Shown piece by piece: positions 19,380 through 29,633 of a DNA stretch of 64,000 bases. The position numbers were made by a program, and so were the translations under genes. The notes beneath the pieces are model-generated. The model worked only from the letters and a program-made list of their open reading frames with translations, was not told the DNA's origin and did not search any database. This DNA comes from Candidatus Melainabacteria bacterium 17Bon1m (GTDB taxonomy: Bacteria > Cyanobacteriota > Vampirovibrionia > Obscuribacterales > Obscuribacteraceae): assembly GCA_032128875.1 (NCBI GenBank), contig JAVLKG010000002.1:672001-736000 (forward strand), given 5' to 3'. Each line of letters opens with the position of its first letter. Within the stretch, counting starts at the first letter, position 1.

Positions 19380-20699
19380 ATGAGTGCAAAAATGCCTAGT
19401 CCCAAACCGACTGGTCGGGTGTTTAGCCTGCGCGAGCAAATCATTGCAGTAATCACGTCGCTTTTGGTTTCGTCACTTGCACCTGCTGCGCTGGCTGAAG
19501 AGAATACTTCTACCAGCGAGCCAGCGAACAAGTCAGCCCCATCGGCTGCTTCTACGAGTGATAGTGATGTTTCTAAAACATTCAATGAAGTCGAAACCCT
19601 GGTCAAAGAGTTTTATCCGAAAGCAAAAATTGTTCGCACTGAAAATAACCTGCATTTTGAATATAAAGCACGTGGGCTGACCGGAACTCAGTCTGGGTTA
19701 AAAGAGTTGTCTCCCGACTCAGGTGGCATTGCTGGCGATGTTGTGGTTAAGCCAGGTAGGTACGCCGGCCACGAACGCAACCCCAGTGAAACCAATCTGA
19801 TACTCCATATGGTTTACTTCACGGCACCATATTCGGAACCAGCCGATCGCCATTTTTTTACTCGATTAAGTTACCCACCAGATGCATCGATTGAATTTCT
19901 AAGCCGCTTCAAAACGATGATTGATGAGCAGAAAAAGGGAGCACAGGAGATTGCGGTTAAGGTTGCACCACCTGCCCCAGCGGTTTCCGAATCAAAAACC
20001 AGTAGCACCTCAGGAGATCTTGCGAGCACGCCACAGGCAAAACCTTCAACAGAGCCAAAAGTGAGTTTTGGTTCGCGCAAACTTTCCAAATACTCATATC
20101 CCGAAGGACGCTTTAAGATCCTGTTGCCGGGAAATCCCAATTGCAGATACGGCAATGTCTTGGGAATGCGTTCCGTCGATTACAACTACCCGGAGAGCCA
20201 AGGTGCATATTTGGTTTCTTACTTAATCGCCCCAGGGGTAATCGACGAGTCCAAAGTAAGCGTTTTGCTTGATGCTGTGTGTACCAGTTTGACGAAGAGC
20301 ACGAGGAGCGCAGAGCTGAGAAGGAATGCCATCACACTTCAAGGCTTTCAAGGCAGGCAGCTAGAGCTTGTTCCAAAAGAAGGGAAAGAGATACTGCAGC
20401 GATTTCGTTTGTATGTCGTTCGCAGGTTTGTCTATATCATTGGTGTCGCCGGTAACAAGCCCTGGGTCGACTCACCTGCTGCTGCGGAATACTTGAATTC
20501 GCTCGAAGTGGTGCCGGAGTTGACAGCCGCTGAGCAGCACGCGGCAAGTGTACGAGCGTTCGAGAGAAAGCAGGAAGATAGCAGAAAGACTTTTGATGAG
20601 CGTTTTGCGAAATCCCGATTGGATTCTCAAGAAGCTGCTTCGCGCGCGCGAAAAGACTTTGAGCGCTCACAGGCTGATTTCAAATATCGTCGGTACTAG
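19380..20699 (+). CDS. Exported protein sharing its N-terminal domain with the upstream TraB/GumN protein, plus a PsbP-like C-terminal domain
   Basis: Signal peptide; FNEVETLVKEFYPKAKI..LHFEYKA aligns with FDEVSKLVKMFYPNAKV..IHFEFKA; GRFKILLPG..GFQGRQ..EYLNSLEV. Confidence 0.7.
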   Translation: MSAKMPSPKPTGRVFSLREQIIAVITSLLVSSLAPAALAEENTSTSEPANKSAPSAASTSDSDVSKTFNEVETLVKEFYPKAKIVRTENNLHFEYKARGLTGTQSGLKELSPDSGGIAGDVVVKPGRYAGHERNPSETNLILHMVYFTAPYSEPADRHFFTRLSYPPDASIEFLSRFKTMIDEQKKGAQEIAVKVAPPAPAVSESKTSSTSGDLASTPQAKPSTEPKVSFGSRKLSKYSYPEGRFKILLPGNPNCRYGNVLGMRSVDYNYPESQGAYLVSYLIAPGVIDESKVSVLLDAVCTSLTKSTRSAELRRNAITLQGFQGRQLELVPKEGKEILQRFRLYVVRRFVYIIGVAGNKPWVDSPAAAEYLNSLEVVPELTAAEQHAASVRAFERKQEDSRKTFDERFAKSRLDSQEAASRARKDFERSQADFKYRRY

Positions 20700-20700
20700 T

Positions 20701-21867
20701 TTAAGCGCGCTTTTGAATTGATTCTGCTGCTTCGATAAGAGGCTCAAGTTTTTCATGCCTGAGCATGTATCCGTAATTGCCTATTGCTGGCGCAAAAATG
20801 GAATCAATACGTTCGTGATGCACTATCAAGTCTTTGTGTTTTTCAACAGCTTCATCGTGATTAAGTGCGTATGGAATGTGATCCTTGCGACCCACATAAA
20901 TCACAAAGTACTTGCGCTCGCCCAACGGTTTTGAAATACCGTGAACCTGCATTTGAGCCCAGGCATCATAGCAATCGAAATCGAAAATGAAATTGAACAT
21001 GTCCAGTGTCAATCCGCCTGGCGGGCGCATGTTCACTTCAAGTGGAACGACTGCATTGTCTTTGAGGAAAAATTCGAAGTGGAAGAATCTTCCCCTCACA
21101 TCGAATGCTTTGAGAATAGCCTTGCCTGCGTTCTCGAGAAACGGTTCTATTTCGCGCACGCAGTAATAGTAGATGTCGGAATTTTCGTTGACTGCATCCA
21201 TGACGCCTTTGTTGTAGCGCAATGAGGACGAGAAAATCAGTTCGCCGTTTTGGTCGACCAACCCGTCATAGCTGACAATTTGACCAGTGACGAATTCTTC
21301 CAGGATGTAGTCTGTATTTGGCTTTCCGCGCAAGAAAACATTAATGCAATCTTCGCCTTCCAGCTTGAATGTTGCCGCCGCACCTACACCGTTGTCTGGT
21401 TTTGCGATGACCGGAAATCCAACTTCTTTGATGAAGTCACGCACTTCCTGCTCTGTCTTGCATACTCTGCCGCGTGCAGGATTGAGATTTGCTTGTTTGA
21501 AAATCCGCTTCATCTCGGACTTCTTTTTGACGTTGTAGATCTGGTCCATATTGATGCCGGGAATGTTGAAGTCGGTGCGTAAGCGCGCTTCTGTTTCCAG
21601 CCAATATTCATTGTGCGAATCAAGATGATGCAATTTGCCGTAGCGATGAGTGAAGTAGCCCATCGCACGTGTCAGCTGATCTTGGTCGTGCATGTCGTCG
21701 ACTTTGTAGTATTCAGTCAGGTTGCATTTCAGATCATGGCTGAGCGACTCGAATGGCACGTCTGAAAGTCCCAATACCGTTGCTCCGGCATTCTTAAGTC
21801 TGGAGGCAAAGTTTTGAAAGTTGGGTGGAAAATGCGGGCTGAGAAATACTGAGTTCATAAGTTCCAA
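20701..21867 (-). CDS. ATP-grasp domain protein (carboxylate-amine ligase family)
   Basis: FLSPHFP, GFPVIAKPDNGVGAA, EEFVTG, FFHFEFF, LEVNMRPPG. Confidence 0.85.
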   Translation of the reverse strand: MELMNSVFLSPHFPPNFQNFASRLKNAGATVLGLSDVPFESLSHDLKCNLTEYYKVDDMHDQDQLTRAMGYFTHRYGKLHHLDSHNEYWLETEARLRTDFNIPGINMDQIYNVKKKSEMKRIFKQANLNPARGRVCKTEQEVRDFIKEVGFPVIAKPDNGVGAAATFKLEGEDCINVFLRGKPNTDYILEEFVTGQIVSYDGLVDQNGELIFSSSLRYNKGVMDAVNENSDIYYYCVREIEPFLENAGKAILKAFDVRGRFFHFEFFLKDNAVVPLEVNMRPPGGLTLDMFNFIFDFDCYDAWAQMQVHGISKPLGERKYFVIYVGRKDHIPYALNHDEAVEKHKDLIVHHERIDSIFAPAIGNYGYMLRHEKLEPLIEAAESIQKRA

Positions 21868-22107
21868 ATTGACCTATTTGTTTCTTCTGTCGCTTAATTG
21901 CATTCGCGTTTTGCGGCACGCAGGTTGTTATGTTGGCCTGTTGGCCGACACGTCGCCCTTTAATCTCAGCCGATTTTATCGCAATGAGACGTCCCAGTAA
22001 GCCCTCTGGGTACACAAATCGCATAGAATAACTGCACTTGGAATCTGCATCGCCCGTGGCCATGCTACAATCCGCCGACGGAAACCTCAAAAAAGGCGAG
22101 GACACAG

Positions 22108-22836
22108 GTGTTGCGAGAATATCACAAATGGCATAGTCCCACGTTGAATCGGGACATGGAACTCCTCCAGTTCGGCCATGCCGGCGCTCGAGTAATTGTA
22201 TTTCCGACATCCTGCGGCAGATTTTTCGACTGGGAAAATCGTGGCATGCTCAATGCAATTTCCCGCCATATTGATGAAGGTTGGGTTCAAGTTTTTTGCG
22301 TTGACGGAGTTGACACTGAAAGTTGGTTCAACACATGGGTCAATCCTACTGACAGAGCCCGACGTCACCTCCAGTATCAAGAGTATGTGATCAACGAAGT
22401 TCTTCCATTTACTAAATCGAAAAACGACAACGATTTCGTCATTGCAATGGGAGCTAGTTTTGGTGCCTATCATTCCTACAGTATTGCTATGAGATATCCG
22501 TGGAGTTTCAATCGCGTTCTTGGAATGAGTGGTGTGTATGACGTACGAGAATGGACCAACAATGAGATGAATGATGTCATCGCCCAAGGCAGTCCTTGTG
22601 AGTATATGCTCCAGTTGCACGATGGCCATCACATAGACCAAATCAGAAAGCTCGATTTGATAATTCCTGTTGGAAGGCAAGATCCGCTATTTGGAAACAA
22701 CAGGTGGTTCTCGCAGATTCTTTGGGATAAAGGAATTTGGCATGCCTTCAGAGAATGGGATGGTTTTGGTCACGACTGGCCATATTGGTACGACATGATC
22801 CAGCACTATATAGGCGGAGCTGAATCGAGAGGCTAG
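22108..22836 (+). CDS. Alpha/beta-hydrolase esterase
   Basis: FGHAG..VFPTS, GASFG nucleophile elbow, GHDWPYW. Confidence 0.88.
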   Translation: MLREYHKWHSPTLNRDMELLQFGHAGARVIVFPTSCGRFFDWENRGMLNAISRHIDEGWVQVFCVDGVDTESWFNTWVNPTDRARRHLQYQEYVINEVLPFTKSKNDNDFVIAMGASFGAYHSYSIAMRYPWSFNRVLGMSGVYDVREWTNNEMNDVIAQGSPCEYMLQLHDGHHIDQIRKLDLIIPVGRQDPLFGNNRWFSQILWDKGIWHAFREWDGFGHDWPYWYDMIQHYIGGAESRG

Positions 22837-22875
22837 GTCGCCCAAAACCTAGACGGTGAGCTAATTTCAAAATTG

Positions 22876-22912
22876 AAAAGAGCAGCAAGGTTTGTGAAAG
22901 CTTGCTGCTTTT
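22876..22912 (+). terminator. Intrinsic terminator after the esterase
   Basis: AGCAGCAAG...CTTGCTGCT stem followed by TTT. Confidence 0.7.
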
Positions 22913-23090
22913 CGCATCTGGGGTGATACCACTTTTGCATTAATTACTAAAGAAAAATGGTAAGCTGTGCAACTTATACAGGTGTCCGTCGTCTCACTCA
23001 CAAATTCAAATTCGAAAACGAAGCTTTCAAAGTATGTGCCGCGTTTTCGGTCTGAGTTCGCTCGATCAAAATATATCTGGAGGATTCACT

Positions 23091-24302
23091 ATGTTCGCCC
23101 TTCCTCTAAAACTGCTTTCGACGGCACTCTCGCTTCTACTTATATGCAGCTCCGTAGCGGTTCCGGCATTCGCTCAAGATGGAAGCAATGTGCCCACCCT
23201 GGAAACAGCTTCCCCCTCTTCTCAAGAAACCACAGCATCCGTCGACTCCAATTTCATAGTCATTCCGGTAAACACAGACTCTGATGCTGCGCCGGAAAAA
23301 GTAATTGTTCTGCCCCGTGATTCGGAATTTCTCACTGGTGAAGTTCAACAATCGCGTATGCTCGCTGTCAAGGAAGTCATTGTTCCTGACAGCGTCCAGA
23401 CGGCTGCTATCACTCTTGTTGAGGATGCTCCGACTGGCATCATGGTTGTCGACAATGACGAAGAAAAGCTCACCGCAGAGGAAAAGCTCGAGTTCAAAGA
23501 AATTGCGGATTCTCCGGACAAGACCTTTATCGATGCCGGTGCTCGCTTCCCCGTATACATGTCGAGCACGCTGACAAGCAAAACCGCAAAAGTCGGTGAT
23601 CCTGTTGAGGGTCGTCTGAAAATCGATCTCAAGATTGGCGGTAAATTGGTGGCGCCGAAAGGGTCACTCGTGATCGGTCACATCACGCGTGTCTTTCCTG
23701 CTCGAAAAATGATCGCTGCGGAGCTCGTTCCAAACAAGCGTTGGATGCGCATGGCGGGCTCTCTTTCGTTTGACTTCGATGAAATTGTCACACCTGCCGG
23801 CGAGCATTTGCCGCTGGTGGCAGCACCGGCAAGACAAGCCCGCATTATCAAGAATATGAATGAAGGAAGAGTGCTTGGCGTCAATCACAACAACGAGATC
23901 GCTTCGCCGCTTTCCACCCAGGTAAAACACCAGGCGCTTCACCTGGCAATTCGTGCTGGTGCAGCGGCTGGCGGTGTTTTCAGTTTTGGTATTGTACCTG
24001 CGGCCTACGGCATCATGGGTGCGATCAATCCGTCGTTTGCTTTCATGCAACCGGTTGGAAAGAATATGCGCCATCGTCGTCTCAAGGGATTTGCACTTGG
24101 AGTCGTCACCGGATTGCCTGGTGGTTTCTTGATTGCAGACAGCATCATTCGTGGTCCTGAGGCAATCGTCAAACCAGGCGATATGTTCTACGCTGAGTTC
24201 CAGCAAAAGTTCACCGGCGAAGCTGCTACATCTGCAGAGCTGCTGCCAGGTGTGAAGACAAAAGTCCACGGCGAACAGATCAAGACTGACAAGAAGAAGT
24301 AG
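23091..24302 (+). CDS. Exported hypothetical protein with TrbI/VirB10-like beta domain
   Basis: Signal peptide; TLTSKTAKVGDPV..PKGSLVIGHIT..GSLSFDFD pattern; Gly-rich hydrophobic segments. Confidence 0.6.
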   Translation: MFALPLKLLSTALSLLLICSSVAVPAFAQDGSNVPTLETASPSSQETTASVDSNFIVIPVNTDSDAAPEKVIVLPRDSEFLTGEVQQSRMLAVKEVIVPDSVQTAAITLVEDAPTGIMVVDNDEEKLTAEEKLEFKEIADSPDKTFIDAGARFPVYMSSTLTSKTAKVGDPVEGRLKIDLKIGGKLVAPKGSLVIGHITRVFPARKMIAAELVPNKRWMRMAGSLSFDFDEIVTPAGEHLPLVAAPARQARIIKNMNEGRVLGVNHNNEIASPLSTQVKHQALHLAIRAGAAAGGVFSFGIVPAAYGIMGAINPSFAFMQPVGKNMRHRRLKGFALGVVTGLPGGFLIADSIIRGPEAIVKPGDMFYAEFQQKFTGEAATSAELLPGVKTKVHGEQIKTDKKK

Positions 24303-24310
24303 CGATCACC

Positions 24311-24363
24311 GTACGGGAGCCGCATGCGGCTCCCTGTCAGGGCTGCGCATGCGCAGCCCGTAC
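24311..24363. repeat. Inverted pair of 26-bp palindromic REP-like elements
   Basis: GTACGGG-AGCCGCATGCGGCT-CCCTG (24311-24336) and an inverted copy GTACGGG-CTGCGCATGCGCAG-CCCTG (24338-24363, minus strand), between convergent genes. Confidence 0.75.
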
Positions 24364-24387
24364 TCTGGTAGAAGAGTCACTTCGCGC

Positions 24388-26154
24388 TTAATAACCGCGG
24401 TAAGCCTGACCTCTGGCAACTGCTTTGACACCAGGAACATTGTCTAGTGAACCATATCTCTTCACGGCATATCTAACGCCGGCGATAACGTTGTCCACCG
24501 GATTCAAGATGTTGTCGTGACCGGCCAACTTGTGCGAATTGAATGTTGGTCCGATGGTTTGCATCAAGCCCTTGGACGGAGTGCCCTTGCGAGCATTCGA
24601 ATCCCAGTTGTTGACGACATCGGCTCTCCAATTCGATTCACGTTGGATGATCAAGTTGATCGCAGCCAAGTTTGCCGGAGTTGGTTCAACACGTTTGCCG
24701 TTGCCTTGTGCGGCGGCTTTGTTGATTTCTTCCAGAGCTTGATTGATGATCTGGGCTCGCTCGCCTGTCGGTACTGTTCCAACCACACGCTCGCCATTCG
24801 AAGACGATGTTTGTTGACGCATAGTCGACACATCGTAGAGTTTTTGACCGGCATCCATGAGTTGTCTGGCTTCCGGTGTCGAAAGATCAGCTTGTGTGAT
24901 CTCGCCAGGAGATTTACCTGACATGAAGGCAGCGGTGATGGCGCCCGGGTTTTCGCCCAGTTGTTGTTTGAAGCCATCCGTTATGGAGGTCGCCATGTGC
25001 TCTTGCAGATCCTTAGGCAAGAGCGACTTCATTTCGTCTTTGCCTGGTGCTTCGCCTTTGTCCATCTTGTCGGCCATGCCTTTCAGCTTGGCTACGGATG
25101 CGGCATTGAAGCCCTTAGGCAATTTTCCTTGCTTGATCAATTCTGCAATTTTCTCGGGATCCGGCGGATCGCCAAGATCGAGTCCAGCCAGCCAATTGTT
25201 GATTTGCCTGCCGGAGAAACCATAGCGGCCTACTCTTGGATTACCATCAGGGTGGCGACGCACGGTTTCGTAAGGTGCCTTTTCATCCGGCTTGAACAAA
25301 CCAGCGATTGCATCCTTGGTTGCCATTGTCTTTTCTGATTCATTCAATTGGCGTGGAACATCACGAGAATTGAATGAGCCGATGCGATCGGTCGACTCGC
25401 GCGGCATGTTTACGCCGTCCGAACCGCCCATGCGGTTGGCCTGTCCAACGGCAGCTCGCGTTTCCGGAGTCATATTTTGCTCGGCCGCAGGCGGTTTGAG
25501 CTTGTTAGCTCGCTCCGTCGATGAGGAAACTGCATCGTCTTTGTCGTTGAGTTCAACGCCATTTTGAGCGGCATCTGGATATTTGTTTCTGATGCGGTCG
25601 GACAAGTAGCGGACCAACTCATCGGCAGCTCTCTTCTGTTGAGCAGTCGGGTTAAGGTCGCCGGGTTCACGCTCAAGGACAACTTGAATTTCTTTGGAGT
25701 TGAACTTTTCCGGGTCGCCGCGCATCTCTACTTCGCCGTTCTTCTTCACTACGAAGTGCGGCTTTTGGCTTTCCGGATTCTGCAAGTCTTGCATGGCCAC
25801 CGAAATCTTCGGCGTTGCCTTGTCAGTTTCCGGACGCGTTTCAAATTGTCTATCACCATCGGGGCTGGTTCTATCCGAAAAACCAACACCCGGTACCTTC
25901 GCCAGTTCCTTCGGAGCTCTCTTTTGGTCAAAACGACGCATGTTCGTTTCGCCGGGCAACGGCGCTATCGCGTCCGGTGCTCCAGTTCCGTCCCATACCT
26001 TTGCCGTTCCACCTGAGAATTGAAAATTATCACCACTACTCAAACCGTGGCGGGTCGCTAGATGGTGGTGCGCAAAATCGCGCAGGGGTGACGAGCCGCC
26101 GTCGTTGCCGGGGCTGGCGTCAAATCGTTCTTGTCTTTCTGGGCGTGGTGCCAT
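24388..26154 (-). CDS. Multidomain cell-wall hydrolase with C-terminal SLT lytic transglycosylase domain
   Basis: IIQRESNW..NNWDSNA..GTPSKGLMQTI..DNVIAGVRY; no signal peptide. Confidence 0.85.
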   Translation of the reverse strand: MAPRPERQERFDASPGNDGGSSPLRDFAHHHLATRHGLSSGDNFQFSGGTAKVWDGTGAPDAIAPLPGETNMRRFDQKRAPKELAKVPGVGFSDRTSPDGDRQFETRPETDKATPKISVAMQDLQNPESQKPHFVVKKNGEVEMRGDPEKFNSKEIQVVLEREPGDLNPTAQQKRAADELVRYLSDRIRNKYPDAAQNGVELNDKDDAVSSSTERANKLKPPAAEQNMTPETRAAVGQANRMGGSDGVNMPRESTDRIGSFNSRDVPRQLNESEKTMATKDAIAGLFKPDEKAPYETVRRHPDGNPRVGRYGFSGRQINNWLAGLDLGDPPDPEKIAELIKQGKLPKGFNAASVAKLKGMADKMDKGEAPGKDEMKSLLPKDLQEHMATSITDGFKQQLGENPGAITAAFMSGKSPGEITQADLSTPEARQLMDAGQKLYDVSTMRQQTSSSNGERVVGTVPTGERAQIINQALEEINKAAAQGNGKRVEPTPANLAAINLIIQRESNWRADVVNNWDSNARKGTPSKGLMQTIGPTFNSHKLAGHDNILNPVDNVIAGVRYAVKRYGSLDNVPGVKAVARGQAYRGY

Positions 26155-26584
26155 ATGTATGACTCGTTTTCAGAAGAGCTGAAATCCTGCCTCTCCTGGT
26201 TCTATGGTAAACAGACCCTGTTTCCATTATGCCAGAGGGCTTGCCCCAGCGGGGCATCTAGGTTTTTCGAAGGCTATCAGCTAAGTGGATACACTGATGA
26301 GGAAGGTAGGTTTATGTTACGGATACTGCCTTTCCAGACAAATGGGGGAATTACGAAGCGGACATTAAATCTAAGTACCTCTCCTCACCCTTAATCCTTA
26401 CCAGTGAAAGGTTTCGGGGTTATTAAATGGGCGAGGATGAAAGGTTTACCCGGCAGACCGCTGGGCTATCCGGAAATTGACCTATATATAGGTAGGCGCT
26501 GAAGCTGCTAAAACCAGAACTGGCTACTGTTTGATTACCTTTGCGTCCTTCATGACGAACTGGACTCTTTCCAGCACTGACACG

Positions 26585-29074
26585 TCAGCTTCCTTTGCCA
26601 TCCGCTCCGGGAGCTTCAGCTGTTTCAGTTTCGGCTAGATTGGCGATGACTTTCAAGGGGTCAAGCGAACCGTCGTCAGGTTTTTTGAAATCAATCTTCG
26701 CCGGTGGCTCGGATTTTTGGTGGCTTGCATTCTCTTCGTTCTTGCTCTTATCCGAAGGCACGCACGTAACCTTGATTTCGTCACCTTCCGCAGTGACTTT
26801 AGCTATGCCGCCATGTTCCAACTTACCGAAGAGAATTTCTTCAGCCAGCGGCTCACGAATTTGTTGTTGAATCAATCTGTTCATCGGGCGAGCGCCAAAC
26901 AGTTTGTCAAAGCCGTGATCGGCGAACCACTTACGAGCAGGCTCATCGAGCTCTATCTCAACATTTTTCTCATACAGTTGAGCACGCACTTCGTTGACGA
27001 ATTTATCGACAACACGCGAAATGTCTGAATAGGTCAACTGATTGAATACAATCCACGCATCCAGTCTGTTTCTAAATTCAGGGCTGAATGTTCTTTCGAC
27101 TGCACTCTTGCCTTTGCCGTGTGAGATAGAGATTTTAGATTGAGAGAACGTCGCTTGCTTCTCTTGCTCGTCGCTGATTTTGCCTTTGAATCCTATGTCT
27201 TCTGCGGTCATCTCACGAGCACCAGCATTTGTGGTCATGATCAAAATCACATTTCGGAAATCTGCTTTCTTACCATTGTTGTCGGTAAGTGAAGCATGAT
27301 CCATCACTTGCAAAAGAATGTTGTAAATATCAGGATGCGCTTTCTCAATCTCATCCAAAACAAGCACTGTATGTGGTGTCTTGTTGATGGCATCGGTGAG
27401 AAGTCCGCCTTGATCAAAACCTACATAGCCGGGAGGTGCGCCAATCAAACGGGAAACGGTGTGTTTTTCCATGTACTCGCTCATATCGAATCGGAGGAAA
27501 TTAACACCCATAACTTTGGCAAGCTGTTTTGCCAGTTCTGTCTTACCAACCCCAGTGGGACCGGAGAATAAGAAAGAACCGATGGGCTTTGTCGGATGAC
27601 TCAACCCTGCGCGTGAAAGCTTAATGGCTTTGACGACTTGTTTTACAGCATGGTCCTGACCGAAAAGGACGCTCTTCAATTCCTTTTCCAAGACTTGAAG
27701 TTTTTCCTTGTCAGAGCCGGAAACCGACTTCGGAGGAATCTTCGCCATCGAAGCTATGACGAGTTCAACATCATGCACGGTAATTACTTTCGATGGTCGT
27801 TCTTTCTCATCCATCAATTTCACTGCAGCGCCGACTTCATCCATAACGTCGATAGCCTTATCCGGCATGAAGCTGTCGTTGACGTGCTTGCCGGCCAGTT
27901 CTGCCGCTTGCTGAATGGCTTCGTCTGTATATGTGACGCCATGATGCTCTTCGTAATATGACTTCAGTCCGGTCAGAATCTTAATTGTGTCCTCGACCGA
28001 AGGTTCTGAGATATCTACTTTCTGGAATCGTCTTGCCAGAGCTTTATCTTTATCGAACGCTTGCTTGAATTCTGGATAAGTGGTGGCACCGATACAGCGA
28101 AGTTCGCCGGATGCTAACGCGGGTTTCAAAATATTGGAAGCATCCATGCTTCCGCCGCTGACAGCGCCAGCACCAACGATGGTGTGAATTTCGTCGATGA
28201 ATAGAATCACGCCAGGAATGTCTTGCAACGCCTTAATAACTGATTTTAGGCGCTGTTCGAATTGCCCACGAAAACGTGTGCCGGCCAAAAGTGCTCCCAT
28301 GTCCAGCGAATAAACCTGGCAATCTTTGAGGGCGTTTGGCACTTCGCCTCTCTGAATCTTGAGCGCGAGACCTTCGGCTATTGCTGTTTTTCCAACACCA
28401 GGATCTCCGACATACACAGGATTGTTTTTACGGCGTCTGCACAAAATTTGGATGGTGCGTTTGACTTCGTTTTCTCTTCCAATTAAAGGGTCGATTTTTG
28501 CCTTAGCTGCCCGCTCGATAAGATTGGTCGTATAGGCTTCCAGTGGATCGCTCACGGCTCTTCCAGAGTCGTCATCATCACCCCCTCAAGTGAAGCCCTC
28601 ACCTTCGGTGGCAGGATCTTTTTCAATTCTTTTGCCGTCCTCTACTTTTGAGATACCGTGCGAAATATAGGAAAGAACATCAAGACGAGTAATTCCTTCC
28701 TTCTCCAGCAAGAAAACTGCATGCGAGCGCTTTTCCTGGAACATTGCAGCCAGTACATTGCCGCTATCGATGGTTGTCTGAGCAGAAGATTCAGCCTGCA
28801 TATAGGCGCGAGTCAGAACACGTTCGAGGGCTGCAGTGTAAGAGGGCATAGCGTCGATGCCGTTGGGAAGCTGTTCCATATTCTCATTGAGAAATTCTTC
28901 CAACTCTTTGCGAATTTCCTTTACGCTGCCACCACAGGCGCGGATGATGTCGCACGCTCCTTTATCCTCCAAAAGAGCAAGGAGCAAATGCTCCAAAGTT
29001 AGATACTCATGCCTCCGCTTCGCTGCTTCCGAGAGCGCTAGGTTGAGAGTGTCTTGTAATTCCTTGGAGATCAT
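26585..29074 (-). CDS. clpA: ATP-dependent Clp protease ATP-binding subunit ClpA, interrupted by an in-frame TGA at 28586-28588 (N-domain ORF 28586-29074; AAA+ ORF 26585-28555)
   Basis: Clp_N motif HEYLTLEHLLLAL; Walker A motifs GDPGVGKT and GPTGVGKT, FIDEIH, RFDMSEY; both ORFs are in the same frame, separated by TGA plus 10 codons. Confidence 0.93.
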
Positions 29075-29078
29075 TTGA

Positions 29079-29405
29079 TTACTCTTCTTCTGTTGTGCAT
29101 AGAAGCGGAAACTCATTTAGTTGGGCTAGTTCAGCAACTTTGCTGCATTTTGCTTCCGCTATTTCAAACGGGTAAACGCCCGCAACTCCGAGACCCTGCT
29201 GGTGTACCGCTAACATTATCTTAACCGCGTCATTTTCATTTTTGTGGAAAACGTCCTTGAGAATAAAAACGACAAATTCCATTGTGGTGAAGTCGTCGTT
29301 ATGTAGCAATACCTTATATAGCTTGGGGCGTTTTGGTTTTGTCTTTTGGTCCTTCTGAACATCAAGATCGTCGTCTAGGTCCTGACCCGGCAACCCCTTT
29401 GCCAT
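29079..29405 (-). CDS. clpS: ClpA adaptor ClpS
   Basis: YKVLLHNDDFTTMEFV..MLAVHQQG..FPL; directly upstream of clpA. Confidence 0.96.
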   Translation of the reverse strand: MAKGLPGQDLDDDLDVQKDQKTKPKRPKLYKVLLHNDDFTTMEFVVFILKDVFHKNENDAVKIMLAVHQQGLGVAGVYPFEIAEAKCSKVAELAQLNEFPLLCTTEEE

Positions 29406-29565
29406 TGCTGTATTCCTGCTCCAAAGATTAAACGCGGCTGTCCACTACATACCCATGATAAACCGCATGAGAACCGTTGGCGCAACCGGCGCCTGTAGGG
29501 TTTTTCGGGGTTTCCTTCACGGCACAGTAACCTTGAAGTGCCTTATGAGCCTGCAGAATACGGCG

Positions 29566-29618
29566 TTGACGCTCCTCTCGATTTGAGGTATCTTGAAATC
29601 AAGATACTTGAAATCAAG
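29566..29618 (+). promoter_or_regulatory. Promoter overlapped by a palindromic MarR (MhqR-like) operator
   Basis: TTGACG-17nt-TATCTT; inverted repeat GTATCTTGA-aa-TCAAGATAC (29588-29607); second CTTGAAATCAAG copy at 29607-29618. Confidence 0.8.
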
Positions 29619-29633
29619 GAATTTAGAATTGCC

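Noticed and set aside
24388-26154. Prophage tape-measure gene
   Set aside because: No phage structural genes, integrase or att sites nearby
26294-26340. Hammerhead ribozyme-like CTGATGA followed by a stem
   Set aside because: The stem is followed by AGAC rather than the required GAAA, and no stems I/III were found
28586-28588. Selenocysteine or genetic-code reassignment explaining the clpA TGA
   Set aside because: The position is a non-catalytic linker, no SECIS-like hairpin is evident, and other genes here (e.g. pgm, the oxidase) end in TGA and use TGG for Trp
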